DNA from: a virus
Taxonomy: Duplodnaviria; Caudoviricetes
Virus record (IMG/VR): IMGVR_UViG_3300025671_012102
Coordinates: 1-53,820 of that record
Direction: 5' to 3' (one strand)
Length of the DNA stretch: 53,820 nt
Part shown: positions 35,547 to 45,100 of the stretch, in pieces
Layout: the number at the start of each line of letters is the position of its first letter
Position numbering within the stretch: position 1 is the stretch's first letter
Translations under genes and position numbers: made by a program
Notes under the pieces: generated by a model
Told to the model about the DNA's origin: nothing
The model's database searches: none
What the model saw: the letters and a program-made list of their open reading frames with translations, nothing else

Positions 35547-37863
35547 GGCAAAGCGGCCACAGATTGAGCCAGCCCGATTTACTGGCCAGCTTGCAGGCAT
35601 TAACACAATACTTAATGCCATTCGTGAGCAAATGCAAATAGATCAGGGCGACCGTGGCGACCCATTAGATCGAGCGGTGAAGATTCGAGATTTAACCGAT
35701 GCGGGTGTAGCCGAGTTTCTTTTGTCAAAACGAGGCAAAGGGCAGTACGCAAGTATTGTTGCACCGGCTGGCAATCAATTGGTGACAGCGGCACCACCAA
35801 ACCCTGAAAATCTGCAAGCTAATCCAACAACTGCAACTATTTACTTAACGTGGGATGCGCCTAACTACCCTTATCATGCTTACACCGAAGTGTGGCGCAA
35901 CACAGAAGATAACTTATCTACCGCAATAGATTTAGGCGCTCGTCCAGCGTATCGCTATTACGCTGACCCTGTGGACTCAGGACGCACGTATTACTATTGG
36001 GTTCGCTTTGTTACCCACGCTGGTAAAAAGTCCGATTACAACGCTGTGGATGGCGTCAGCGCAACAACCAATCTTGATCCATCGGTTGTCCTTGAAACGC
36101 TGAATGACAAAATCACATCGAGCCAGCTTGTAAAGGACTTGCGCGACGAAATTGAGCTTATATCTGAATTGGAAGGTGGGTTGGCTCAAGAAGTAGAAGC
36201 ACGAATTCTCGCAGACACAAAGGAAAAACAAGAGCGGATTGCCAGTATACAGCAAGAAGCCGAACAGACGGCTAATAGCATTCTTCTTGAATCACAGGAG
36301 CGAATTAAATCATTTCAAGCGCTTCAATCTATTGAAAGCTTGGTTGGCAATGATGCAAGAGAACTAAAGGCACTCGCTCGTATCTCGAATGAAGAAGTGT
36401 CCCGCATACAGCAATACCAAGAACTGTCTGCATCGTATCAAACGTTAAAAAGCACTTCTAATGCTCAAATCATTCGACTCGATGAAGCAATAGCAAGTGA
36501 AAGCGAAGCACGAGCATCGTCTATTGTTTCGCTAACAGCTAAGTTTGAAAACGATTTGGGCATCGCTAGGGATGCGGCTGTAGAGGAAGCGATTAACGTC
36601 ATTACCACGAATGACGATGTTATAGCTCAAGTAATCACCAAGATAAGCGCGGCAGATACGGCAAACTGGGCAACAACGACTTATGTGACAGATAATGTTG
36701 TCACACCACTGAATGCCCTAGCTACTCGAACAGACACGCTAGAAAGCCAATATCAATCGTTAGGCAGCACATACCTCTCTCAATCAAGTTTTACGGATTG
36801 GCAGCAATCGTACACATCAGATCAAACTGCAACGGCTGAGCGTCTAAATTCGCTCGCAACGTCATTAACTAACCCTAGCACTGGCTTATCAAGTAAAGCC
36901 AGCCTGAGCCAGTTAACCCAAGCTAAAAACGATATTTATAACAGTGCTGTTTCACAATTTGGCAGCATTGAAGCCAAGTTCCAGAATCAACAAAGTGACA
37001 TTAATGCTCGTGCTACTCAGACAGAACTTAATGAGGTGGCGGCAGGGCTTGATGGTGTAAGTGTTAATCGGCTGTCTCAAGCTATCACGACTCTAAAACA
37101 ATCAGATTTTGAATCACAAACTCAGTACATTAAAAATATTGAGCAGTCATCAAAAGCCGATCGCTCCCAGATGACGCGATATGAGCGGATGGAATCAGAG
37201 TACAAGACGGGATTGAGCGCAACTAAGGCGTCTATCACTCAACTTGCAGAAACAGTAAGCACCGAATCCACTGCTCGAGCCAACGCAATTACCCAATTGA
37301 CGACCGAGATTAATGGTCAAAAAGCAACACTTGAACAGCAAGCATCAAGCATTGATGGTATACGCACAAACTGGGCGGTTAAGTTTCAAATTGATAATGA
37401 CGGTGTAAAGCGCGTTTCTGGTTTTGGTATAAGTGCGGATGGCGAAAGTACAGGCGCACACTTCGATGTTGATCAATTTAGCATTTCAAAGCCCGGTGCC
37501 GAGAAACTAGATTTTTCTGTTGCTGATGTGTTGCAACCGGATGGTACCACTAAGCGCATGGTGGTAATGGATGCGGCCAGCATAGTAAATCTAGTGGTTA
37601 AAAACGCAATGATAGAAAGCATTTCTGCTGACAAAATCACAGCTGGATTACTTGGCGCTCAGTTTGTAGATACTGAAAACCTAACAGTAAAAGACGCCAA
37701 ATCATCGAACTATCTTTATCAAACGTCAGGGTGGCGCCTCACAAAAGATGGATTTTTTGAAATCAATTCCAGCACTGACGATGGCCGAATACAGCAAGAT
37801 GGTAACGGCATGAGGGTGTATGACAAAAATGGTGTACTACGTGTAAAAATGGGGAAATTGTAA
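35539..37863 (+). CDS. Tail spike/host-specificity protein (Fn3-like, coiled coil, DUF1983-like)
   Basis: TYYYWVRFV Fn3-like domain, long heptad region, C-terminal VYDKNGVLRVKMGKL as in J-like proteins. Confidence 0.75.
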   Translation: MAKAKRPQIEPARFTGQLAGINTILNAIREQMQIDQGDRGDPLDRAVKIRDLTDAGVAEFLLSKRGKGQYASIVAPAGNQLVTAAPPNPENLQANPTTATIYLTWDAPNYPYHAYTEVWRNTEDNLSTAIDLGARPAYRYYADPVDSGRTYYYWVRFVTHAGKKSDYNAVDGVSATTNLDPSVVLETLNDKITSSQLVKDLRDEIELISELEGGLAQEVEARILADTKEKQERIASIQQEAEQTANSILLESQERIKSFQALQSIESLVGNDARELKALARISNEEVSRIQQYQELSASYQTLKSTSNAQIIRLDEAIASESEARASSIVSLTAKFENDLGIARDAAVEEAINVITTNDDVIAQVITKISAADTANWATTTYVTDNVVTPLNALATRTDTLESQYQSLGSTYLSQSSFTDWQQSYTSDQTATAERLNSLATSLTNPSTGLSSKASLSQLTQAKNDIYNSAVSQFGSIEAKFQNQQSDINARATQTELNEVAAGLDGVSVNRLSQAITTLKQSDFESQTQYIKNIEQSSKADRSQMTRYERMESEYKTGLSATKASITQLAETVSTESTARANAITQLTTEINGQKATLEQQASSIDGIRTNWAVKFQIDNDGVKRVSGFGISADGESTGAHFDVDQFSISKPGAEKLDFSVADVLQPDGTTKRMVVMDAASIVNLVVKNAMIESISADKITAGLLGAQFVDTENLTVKDAKSSNYLYQTSGWRLTKDGFFEINSSTDDGRIQQDGNGMRVYDKNGVLRVKMGKL

Positions 37864-38198
37864 TGGCGGAAGTTATTTTGACTTTGATCAAGGGAGAGGG
37901 AAAAGAGTTTCCTCTATCGTTCAATGACCAATCGGGAAACAGACTTGATTTTACTGGCTCTAGTTTCTCATTTGCCATCGACATCATGGACGAGGAAAGA
38001 GTGATTCAGCGCACGATAGAGCAAGAAAGCGTCACAGTTTCCCAGAGCGAGAAAGGGAAAATAAACATAGTGTTTGATCAGAGCCTTGTAGATGAATTGC
38101 CGCTAGGCGTTCATGGCTTTCGAATCAAAAGCAACATTGGGGATCACAATGACAAATACACAATCGCAAGCGACTTGGTGCGCGTTGTAAATGGCTGA
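37863..38198 (+). CDS. Small tail protein (Ig-like/BppU-like)
   Basis: Translationally coupled; beta-rich. Confidence 0.55.
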   Translation: MAEVILTLIKGEGKEFPLSFNDQSGNRLDFTGSSFSFAIDIMDEERVIQRTIEQESVTVSQSEKGKINIVFDQSLVDELPLGVHGFRIKSNIGDHNDKYTIASDLVRVVNG

Positions 38199-38538
38199 TT
38201 ATGGCTTTGCTACTTACACGCAAGATGGCGTAGAAGGTTTTAATCTAAGCACTCGAATCACAAAGAAGGTGCTGGATTTAACGATTGAGGCAGACAGTTC
38301 CGGCAGCATGACGGTGTCTGTTCCCGATAATCTCGCTGTCGCAATCACTGTTATTCAGCTGGATGGTGACGCTTACATGCGACATTACCCACATCGAGTT
38401 ACATTTGATGCGAGTACGAACGTATTAACCTATTCGCCAGGTGTGAATCCAGACCCAAAACTGAATGGTTTTGAAGAATGGAGTATTCCGAAGCGCAGCA
38501 GATCCGCCATTATTATTTATGGTTTTGTTCCCGGGTGA
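38191..38538 (+). CDS. Small tail protein
   Basis: MADYGF..Y..DG start typical of genes after J-like proteins. Confidence 0.6.
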   Translation: MADYGFATYTQDGVEGFNLSTRITKKVLDLTIEADSSGSMTVSVPDNLAVAITVIQLDGDAYMRHYPHRVTFDASTNVLTYSPGVNPDPKLNGFEEWSIPKRSRSAIIIYGFVPG

Positions 38539-38541
38539 TTT

Positions 38542-39489
38542 ATGACGTACGGTTTTGAGGTTACGATCAATGGCACCCAAGTTAAGCTGGATGACGAATA
38601 CGAAAACATTGTGTTGCTAGGTAAGAAAACTGTCCAACTCTCAGCAGGCTATCAAGTGGTTTCATTGTCAGAGTTTGAACACGAGAATCTAACAACCTGT
38701 ATTCGCCATCTAGGCTTTGGCGTGTCATTCTTAGGGTATATTTATAGCAATGGCAAACGAGCTGGATTAAGGCTATACGCAAGTGCGGCAGGCAAAGCGG
38801 AACTTGCATTACTTGTTCCATTTTACCCAATGCCAGAGCAAGGATATGGCGTTATTTTATATAGCGAGTTTGGAGAGCAGAAATTTCATTCTGATCACAT
38901 TTATTTCGATGTGAAAAATACGGGTGATTTGAATATTGGGGGGATCAATACAAGCAAAGACATGTATGTTTTAAGCAACCCTGAAAGCCCATCATTAAGG
39001 TATTACCCCCGTTACGAAGAGTATCAATTGCCTGTCTATGGTCAGGTTCCTTATCAGTCATGTAGTACATCATATCGATATGTGACAACTTGCACTTACG
39101 TTCCACCAAAAATGGTATGTGGTTACGTAAATGGCAGTTATTCCTGCAGTTACCAAGGAGGTGGGCAAGTATGTACGTCGAAACTTGAACCATATCAAGT
39201 TTGTAATACCTTTTATAAAACTGAAATTGTTGGATATCGAACAGAGTCTAACAGTTGGGTGAATTGCACGAAAACAATCGGCATGATTCAGCAAAGCATT
39301 GATGGCAATTTAAGCAAAACTACCGTGACGCTGAATAATAATCAGTATGCGTACGGGGTCTATGACTATGGCAACTACAATCACTTTAATGGATTGTCAT
39401 TTTCTTTGCCTGCCACTTTTATATTTAACCCACCATCAAACAAACTGGCGTTCAGTTCCCGAACCATTACCTGTAAAGCCATAGTTTAA
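38542..39489 (+). CDS. Tail-tip/receptor-binding candidate with Cys/Tyr-rich insert
   Basis: MTYGFEV...QVKLDDEYEN and YGVILYSE.G motifs of tail-tip proteins; six-Cys insert. Confidence 0.65.
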   Translation: MTYGFEVTINGTQVKLDDEYENIVLLGKKTVQLSAGYQVVSLSEFEHENLTTCIRHLGFGVSFLGYIYSNGKRAGLRLYASAAGKAELALLVPFYPMPEQGYGVILYSEFGEQKFHSDHIYFDVKNTGDLNIGGINTSKDMYVLSNPESPSLRYYPRYEEYQLPVYGQVPYQSCSTSYRYVTTCTYVPPKMVCGYVNGSYSCSYQGGGQVCTSKLEPYQVCNTFYKTEIVGYRTESNSWVNCTKTIGMIQQSIDGNLSKTTVTLNNNQYAYGVYDYGNYNHFNGLSFSLPATFIFNPPSNKLAFSSRTITCKAIV

Positions 39490-39502
39490 TTAACAACCAA
39501 GA

Positions 39503-39602
39503 CTGACAATTGATAACGAATAAGCTATAGTTTTCCCATGCTGCCATAAGTGTGTGCAGTCCCATTCTTTTTAAATTAAACCGCCCCAGTGGCGGTTTTT
39601 TT
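39503..39602 (+). promoter_or_regulatory. Second putative late promoter plus terminator, upstream of the ejection genes
   Basis: CTGACA-17 nt-TATAGT; terminator AAACCGCC-CCAGT-GGCGGTTTTT at 39578-39602. Confidence 0.55.
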
Positions 39603-39622
39603 GTGCCCAAAAAAGGTGATTT

Positions 39623-40315
39623 ATGAAAGTCAGCCGAACCTATGACATAGAGGCGGTTGACGCCATATTGAGAGATCCGTCTGTATTTGGTGGCATTATT
39701 AACGACAGCTCACCGGATAAAGCAGACTTTACTGCCAGAGAATTATTGTTAAATCGTCGCAACATTGTGCTTATGGTATCGGAAGAAGGGGAGAATATTG
39801 GGTGTTTCATCTGTGTGCAGTGCTCACCTTCGACCTACGAAGGGCATATAAATTTAACGGCACTTTGTAGAGGTAGAAAGGCCCTTGAAGCTCTTGATCT
39901 TGGAGCGAGCTGGTTATTTACGAACACGGACGCATTTCGAATTATTGGGCTCACCCCAGAATCAAACAAACCTGCTTTATCTATCACTAGGTTGGCTGGC
40001 TACTGCAGGATTTCTGTTAGAGAAAAAGCCATATCTATCTCAGGGCACAAGCAGAACATAATCCAATCAGAGTTAACGCTTCATAAGTGGCTGTCAAATC
40101 AACAAGCTTACGAGAGTGCAAATACAGGGCTTGATACCTGGCACCTTCAAAACCTTTTTTTCGCTAAGGCTCTTGTTGAGTCTGGTAACGCCAAAAAAGC
40201 GGCATTCCTACTCTCAGAGCTATCACATCAATCTTATGCAAAGCGAATTTGTATTAAAGATTATCCATTTATCAAAATTGAAGCGACAAGCTTCCATGTC
40301 AAAGACATTTTTTAG
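39623..40315 (+). CDS. GNAT-fold virion-associated protein (DUF2824-like)
   Basis: YEGHINL...RGRKA...WLF...IIGLTPESNKPA...AGY; precedes the ejection genes. Confidence 0.7.
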   Translation: MKVSRTYDIEAVDAILRDPSVFGGIINDSSPDKADFTARELLLNRRNIVLMVSEEGENIGCFICVQCSPSTYEGHINLTALCRGRKALEALDLGASWLFTNTDAFRIIGLTPESNKPALSITRLAGYCRISVREKAISISGHKQNIIQSELTLHKWLSNQQAYESANTGLDTWHLQNLFFAKALVESGNAKKAAFLLSELSHQSYAKRICIKDYPFIKIEATSFHVKDIF

Positions 40316-40324
40316 GAGAAACAT

Positions 40325-41017
40325 ATGGCAGTAGGTGCGGCAATTGGTGGCGTTGCTTTAGGCGCCATAAGCGGGAATAAAGCTAATAAAAATGCAAGCA
40401 AGTCAATTGATCAGCAAGGCGATGCCTTAGCTGCTCAAAACGCTATCGCTCAGCAGCAAATGGATATGGCTCAAGAGCAATATGACTATTACAAAACAAC
40501 ATATCGTCCTCTTGAGGAAGAGATTGTTGCAAATGCAGGGCTTTCGGATGCAGAGCAACAAGAAATGGTTACGAAGGCAGGGCTTACCACTCAATCAGCA
40601 TTCGATAGTGCCGAAGCTTCTCGAAACCGAAACCTTCAGCGCATGGGCATTAATCCAAACTCAGGAGCCTATGCTGAAAACACGCGCAAGAGCGCTATTT
40701 CAAAAGCTGTGGCAAAAGCCAACTCCCAAAACACAGCAAGAGCGCAGGCAGAAGAAATGGATTACAACCAAAAAGTTGCAGCGGTCGGCCTTGGTAAGGG
40801 ACTTCCAACGGCAGCAGCCGGATTAATGAGCAGTGCATCGAGTAACTACGCTAACCAAGCAAGTGCCTACGGCCTTAATGCGCAGATGTATGGACAACAA
40901 GCATCTAACAGTATGCAACTTGGCATGGGGATAGCGGGTGCAGCAATGGGTGCTCAAAATGAGGACGGTAGCTTTAATTCGAATCAATTTGGTAAAGGCT
41001 TATTAGGAGTATTTTAA
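40325..41017 (+). CDS. DNA ejection/pilot protein
   Basis: A/G/Q-rich; hydrophobic Gly-rich ends; RMGINPNSG motif. Confidence 0.7.
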   Translation: MAVGAAIGGVALGAISGNKANKNASKSIDQQGDALAAQNAIAQQQMDMAQEQYDYYKTTYRPLEEEIVANAGLSDAEQQEMVTKAGLTTQSAFDSAEASRNRNLQRMGINPNSGAYAENTRKSAISKAVAKANSQNTARAQAEEMDYNQKVAAVGLGKGLPTAAAGLMSSASSNYANQASAYGLNAQMYGQQASNSMQLGMGIAGAAMGAQNEDGSFNSNQFGKGLLGVF

Positions 41018-41018
41018 T

Positions 41019-42134
41019 ATGAGTTACGGTTTAGGTTTTATAGCAGATGGTTTATTGAAGGGCCAAGAACGTAATAGAAACTGGGGGTTGCGCCAAAGGC
41101 AAGAGGAACGAGCTCAAACGACGTTTGGTCTTCAAGTTCCAGTGCTTGAAGCAAAAGCTCAGGAAGCCAAGGAGTATGTTACTCCTGACGCAATAGAGCG
41201 AAGAAATACGATTGCTGGAAACAACCTAGCCATATCGAGCAATAATGCTGAATCCTCCGGATATGATAGGGATCTCAAGAAAAATGATGCTTCTACAGAC
41301 AATATTGCAAGAATCAACCGAGAACGTGAAGCTAAAGCGTTAGGGGCTGAAAGCTTAGCTAAGGGCTATGGGCTTGGTAATGCGATTAAGCAGCAGCAAA
41401 TAGACATGACGAATTTAGGTCCACTGTCTAAAGAAGGTAGAGACCTGCTATATAACAAAAACAAATACGATCTAGAGGCTCAGGCGTGGGAACATAAAAT
41501 GAGGGAGGCAGTCAACCAAACAGACAAGCTTAAAGCAATGATGGCTTTATCTGAGGTGAAACTGAACAGAGAGTTCAGAGTTATTGAGCTGGCCAGAAGT
41601 GGCAACACGAAGGCAGCGGCATCATTAATTAATGGATTTAGCGACAACCCTTATAAGAATGTTGTTGATGCTGTGTTTACAAAAGAAGGCGGTATAACTG
41701 GGTACAATGAAAAAGGCGAGATCGTTGCTGAGTACACTCCAAAAGAAGTCGCAGGCATTGAATTGGAGATCAGAAATAAAGAAGCCAAAGCAAGAGAGGC
41801 TAAGGCAGGAACACCAAAAGTCAATTTCGAAAAAATCTATAATGATTTGGGCGAGCAAATTGGCGAAAGACCATTCATTACTAAAACAGACCCACAAACA
41901 GGCCAGCCTTACAAAGAGTATGTGGAAGAGCGAAAAGGCACGATTTCCCAGACAGACAGCGATGAAGAGATTGCTCTTGCGAAAACCATGGTGAAAGCGG
42001 GAGAGATGACACCTGACCAGTTCCAGCAGCTTTATGGTCAAGCTTACGCACCAAATCAAAATAATGCCTCGCCAAGTGCTAGTAACAAGCCAAGGCAAGA
42101 TGATTACGACGTAGATATTCCTTTAATCTTCTAA
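41019..42134 (+). CDS. Internal virion/ejection protein
   Basis: Helical protein positioned between the pilot and the giant protein. Confidence 0.6.
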   Translation: MSYGLGFIADGLLKGQERNRNWGLRQRQEERAQTTFGLQVPVLEAKAQEAKEYVTPDAIERRNTIAGNNLAISSNNAESSGYDRDLKKNDASTDNIARINREREAKALGAESLAKGYGLGNAIKQQQIDMTNLGPLSKEGRDLLYNKNKYDLEAQAWEHKMREAVNQTDKLKAMMALSEVKLNREFRVIELARSGNTKAAASLINGFSDNPYKNVVDAVFTKEGGITGYNEKGEIVAEYTPKEVAGIELEIRNKEAKAREAKAGTPKVNFEKIYNDLGEQIGERPFITKTDPQTGQPYKEYVEERKGTISQTDSDEEIALAKTMVKAGEMTPDQFQQLYGQAYAPNQNNASPSASNKPRQDDYDVDIPLIF

Positions 42135-42149
42135 AACACCGCAATTTTC

Positions 42150-42177
42150 AAAGCCGCCCACCGAGGCGGTTTTTTTT
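42150..42177 (+). terminator. Intrinsic terminator before the giant gene
   Basis: AAAGCCGCC-CACCGA-GGCGGTTTTTTTT. Confidence 0.7.
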
Positions 42178-42196
42178 CGTTTGGAGAAAACACAAC

Positions 42197-45100
42197 GTGG
42201 CCGATTACACAAGAGAAGAGATAGCGCGCCTAGCCGCAATCAAAAAAAGAATTAATGGCAAAATGGAGAGCCTTGGTTCGTCACCTGAAAACGAGCAGGG
42301 CTTTTTAGGTGATGCGGTCGATGCTGTTCAACATGGTTTGTTGAGTGGAGCAGCAGACTTAACGGACGGTGTTGGCTATTTAACTGGATCTGACACTATT
42401 AGAAAGGGCGCGAATTATCTAAGAGGCCAAGCAGACAACCAAATTAATCAAATGTCACCAGATGGTCGTGAGGCGTTTCAAGGGTTTGGTATTCAGGCTG
42501 ATGAAAGCAGCCCAACTGGTTATGGCTTCAAAGATGAAAGCAGCTTAAAAGGCTTTGGTCTTAATGTGCTTAGCGGTGTAGGCAGTTTTGCCCCAACAAT
42601 GGTGCCAGGGCTTGGTGCTGCCAAAGCGATTTCAGTTGCAGGTAAAGCAACAGGGCTTGCAGGTAAAGGAACAAAAGCGGCCACAGCACTAGATAAAGGC
42701 GCTGATGTTGTAGGCTTTGCAGGTGCTGGCGCTGCGAGCATTGGCGGATCTACAGGCAACCAAGCTTATGAAACCGTCGTTAACGCTGACTTTCACACAT
42801 TAAAAGACGCTGAAATTTTCCAAAAAGAATACTGGAACCTGAGAAAACTCAAAGAGCTTGATCATATTTCCGCACTGAAGCAAGCGCGTGAAAATGTGGC
42901 TCGCGAGCTGGCAACGGAAGCGGCAAAAGATGGCGCCATCATGGGGGCGATCACGCAAGGCGCACTTGGTCCAGTGATGGGCAAGTTATTCCGTGGTGAG
43001 GCTGGCAGTATCGGTAAAGCAGCCGCCACCGGTGCAATTACCGAAGGCTCACAAGAGTTTGTTGAAAGCGGTGGTCAAACTGCTATCTCAAACATGGCTG
43101 TTAATCCAGCGGTACCAACCAACACAATGGATAATGTCGTTGGCGATGCGCTGACAGGTGCCATGGTCGGTGGCCCCGTAGGTGGTGGCTTTGGTGCAGC
43201 TGGCGCTTCTTTCGGTCGCTTTCGTAAGCCTAAAGACAACACGGATGATCCGCTTGATCTTTCCGAGCAAGATCAAGGCTATCAAGCAGTAGAGCGGCAG
43301 ATTGCCGAAATTGAAGGCTTGATGGTTGAAAATGGCGACAATTTAACAGATTCTGAATTTGCAGAGCTTGAAGCAAAGCGAAATGAGCTACTACAAAGAC
43401 GAGCGGAAATCACTGGTGAACAGCCTATGGATTTTTCTGGTCCAGTCGAAAGCCAGGTGCAACCAGAGCAGCTTGCTCTTCCCAATCAAAATATTATCTA
43501 TGGTGAACGCCCAGAGCCAAGCCAAGAGCAAATCCAAGCGCGTCAAAAGAACCAAGCTGCCTTTGAAGGCCAATTTGGTGAGCCACGGAATACAGGAAGA
43601 GAGGGTGAATACCTTGGTCAGGTCTTTCCGGAAAGCGCCAATCAACAACAAGGCGGTAATGTCTATGATGGTGAAGTGTTGCGCGATCCTTTGTCACTTG
43701 AAGCGCCACAGCAAGCCGGTGATGTACCAGCGCTAGAAGATGCAGGGATTATTTATGGCGAAAAACCAGAAAGCAATGCTCGTCCAGCTCGTTCCAATGG
43801 TTTAACCGACCCATACACCGCGCCACAGCCAAGCCGTAAAAACGACAATCCAATCTATCAAGAGATTAAACATAAACAGCGATTGCTTGAAGAACAAGAG
43901 CAATCAGTAACAGAAGAAGCAGCGCCACAGCTTAACCAACAAGCAGTCCCTGAAGCACCGTTAGAGAAATCAGCTCCACAAAATGAAGTATTAGTATCAG
44001 AGTCTAAAAATGTAACTGAGTTGCCAGCAGTTGAAAGTAGTCCTGTTACTCAGCCGCCATTAGAAGGCATTGTCGCCGAGCAAGAACAGCCATCATCTGC
44101 AGAGCTGCCAACTGAGGGCAGCGAGCCAATCAAGCAAGCATTAGATAAGGCTGCACAGGACACAAATACCCAGCCAACTGAAAAGCAGATCGAGGCTGAT
44201 AACTATAAAAAAGGTCGGGTATCTCTTCATGGCTTAGATATCGCCATTGAAAATCCTAAAGACTCTGTTCGCTCAGGCAAAGATAGTGATGGTAAAAAAT
44301 GGGAGTCTAAAATGGCTCACCATTATGGCGATATAAAAGGCATTAAAGGGGCCGATGGCGATGACCTTGATGTATTTATTGGCGATAAACCGGAAAGTGA
44401 CAAAGCCTATATTGTCGATCAGGTCGACCCAAAAACAGGCGAATTTGACGAGCATAAAGTCATGCTTGGTTTTGATGATAAAGCGCAAGCTGAAAGCGGC
44501 TATCTTAAAAATTACGAGGATGGCTGGAAAGGTGTTGGTGCTGTGACTGAAATGCCAATCAGTGAATTTAAAGAGTGGATTAAGTCTGGCGATACGACAA
44601 AGCCGGTTAGTGAATTGATGGGCGGTAAAGCAGATAAAGTCATTGAAGCAGAACCAGCCGAGTTGCCACCTGTCACTGTTAAATTATCTTTATCCAATAA
44701 GCCTTTTAAAACCGAGTCCAGCGCTCGTTTATCTCGTACATTCAAAGACACACCTAATGCCGAAGTTGTACCTGTGGATGGCGGTTTTGGCGTTAAAGAG
44801 GGGGAAGTAGCCAAGCAGAATGCAGAACCAGCAACAGCCAAAGTCAATGTAGACGAAAGCGATGAACCACCTTATGCCCATTATCATTCAGTCCAAAAAA
44901 ACTTGTTTGATGGTAAAGAGGTGACAGCTGATGAGGTAAAACAAGGCTTTGAGCGCCTTGCTGGTGACCCTGCAAGAGCAAAAGCTGAGCTAAATAAGCT
45001 AACCAAGAAAGAATTGGCAAAAATAGTTAATGGTCATGTTTATTCTGATGAAAAGAAAGCCCGCCTAGTGGAGCGTGCTTATCAATCGAGTATTAGTCGG

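Noticed and set aside
31700-39489. Diversity-generating retroelement or invertible tail cassette
   Set aside because: No reverse transcriptase, invertase or TR/VR repeat pair seen.
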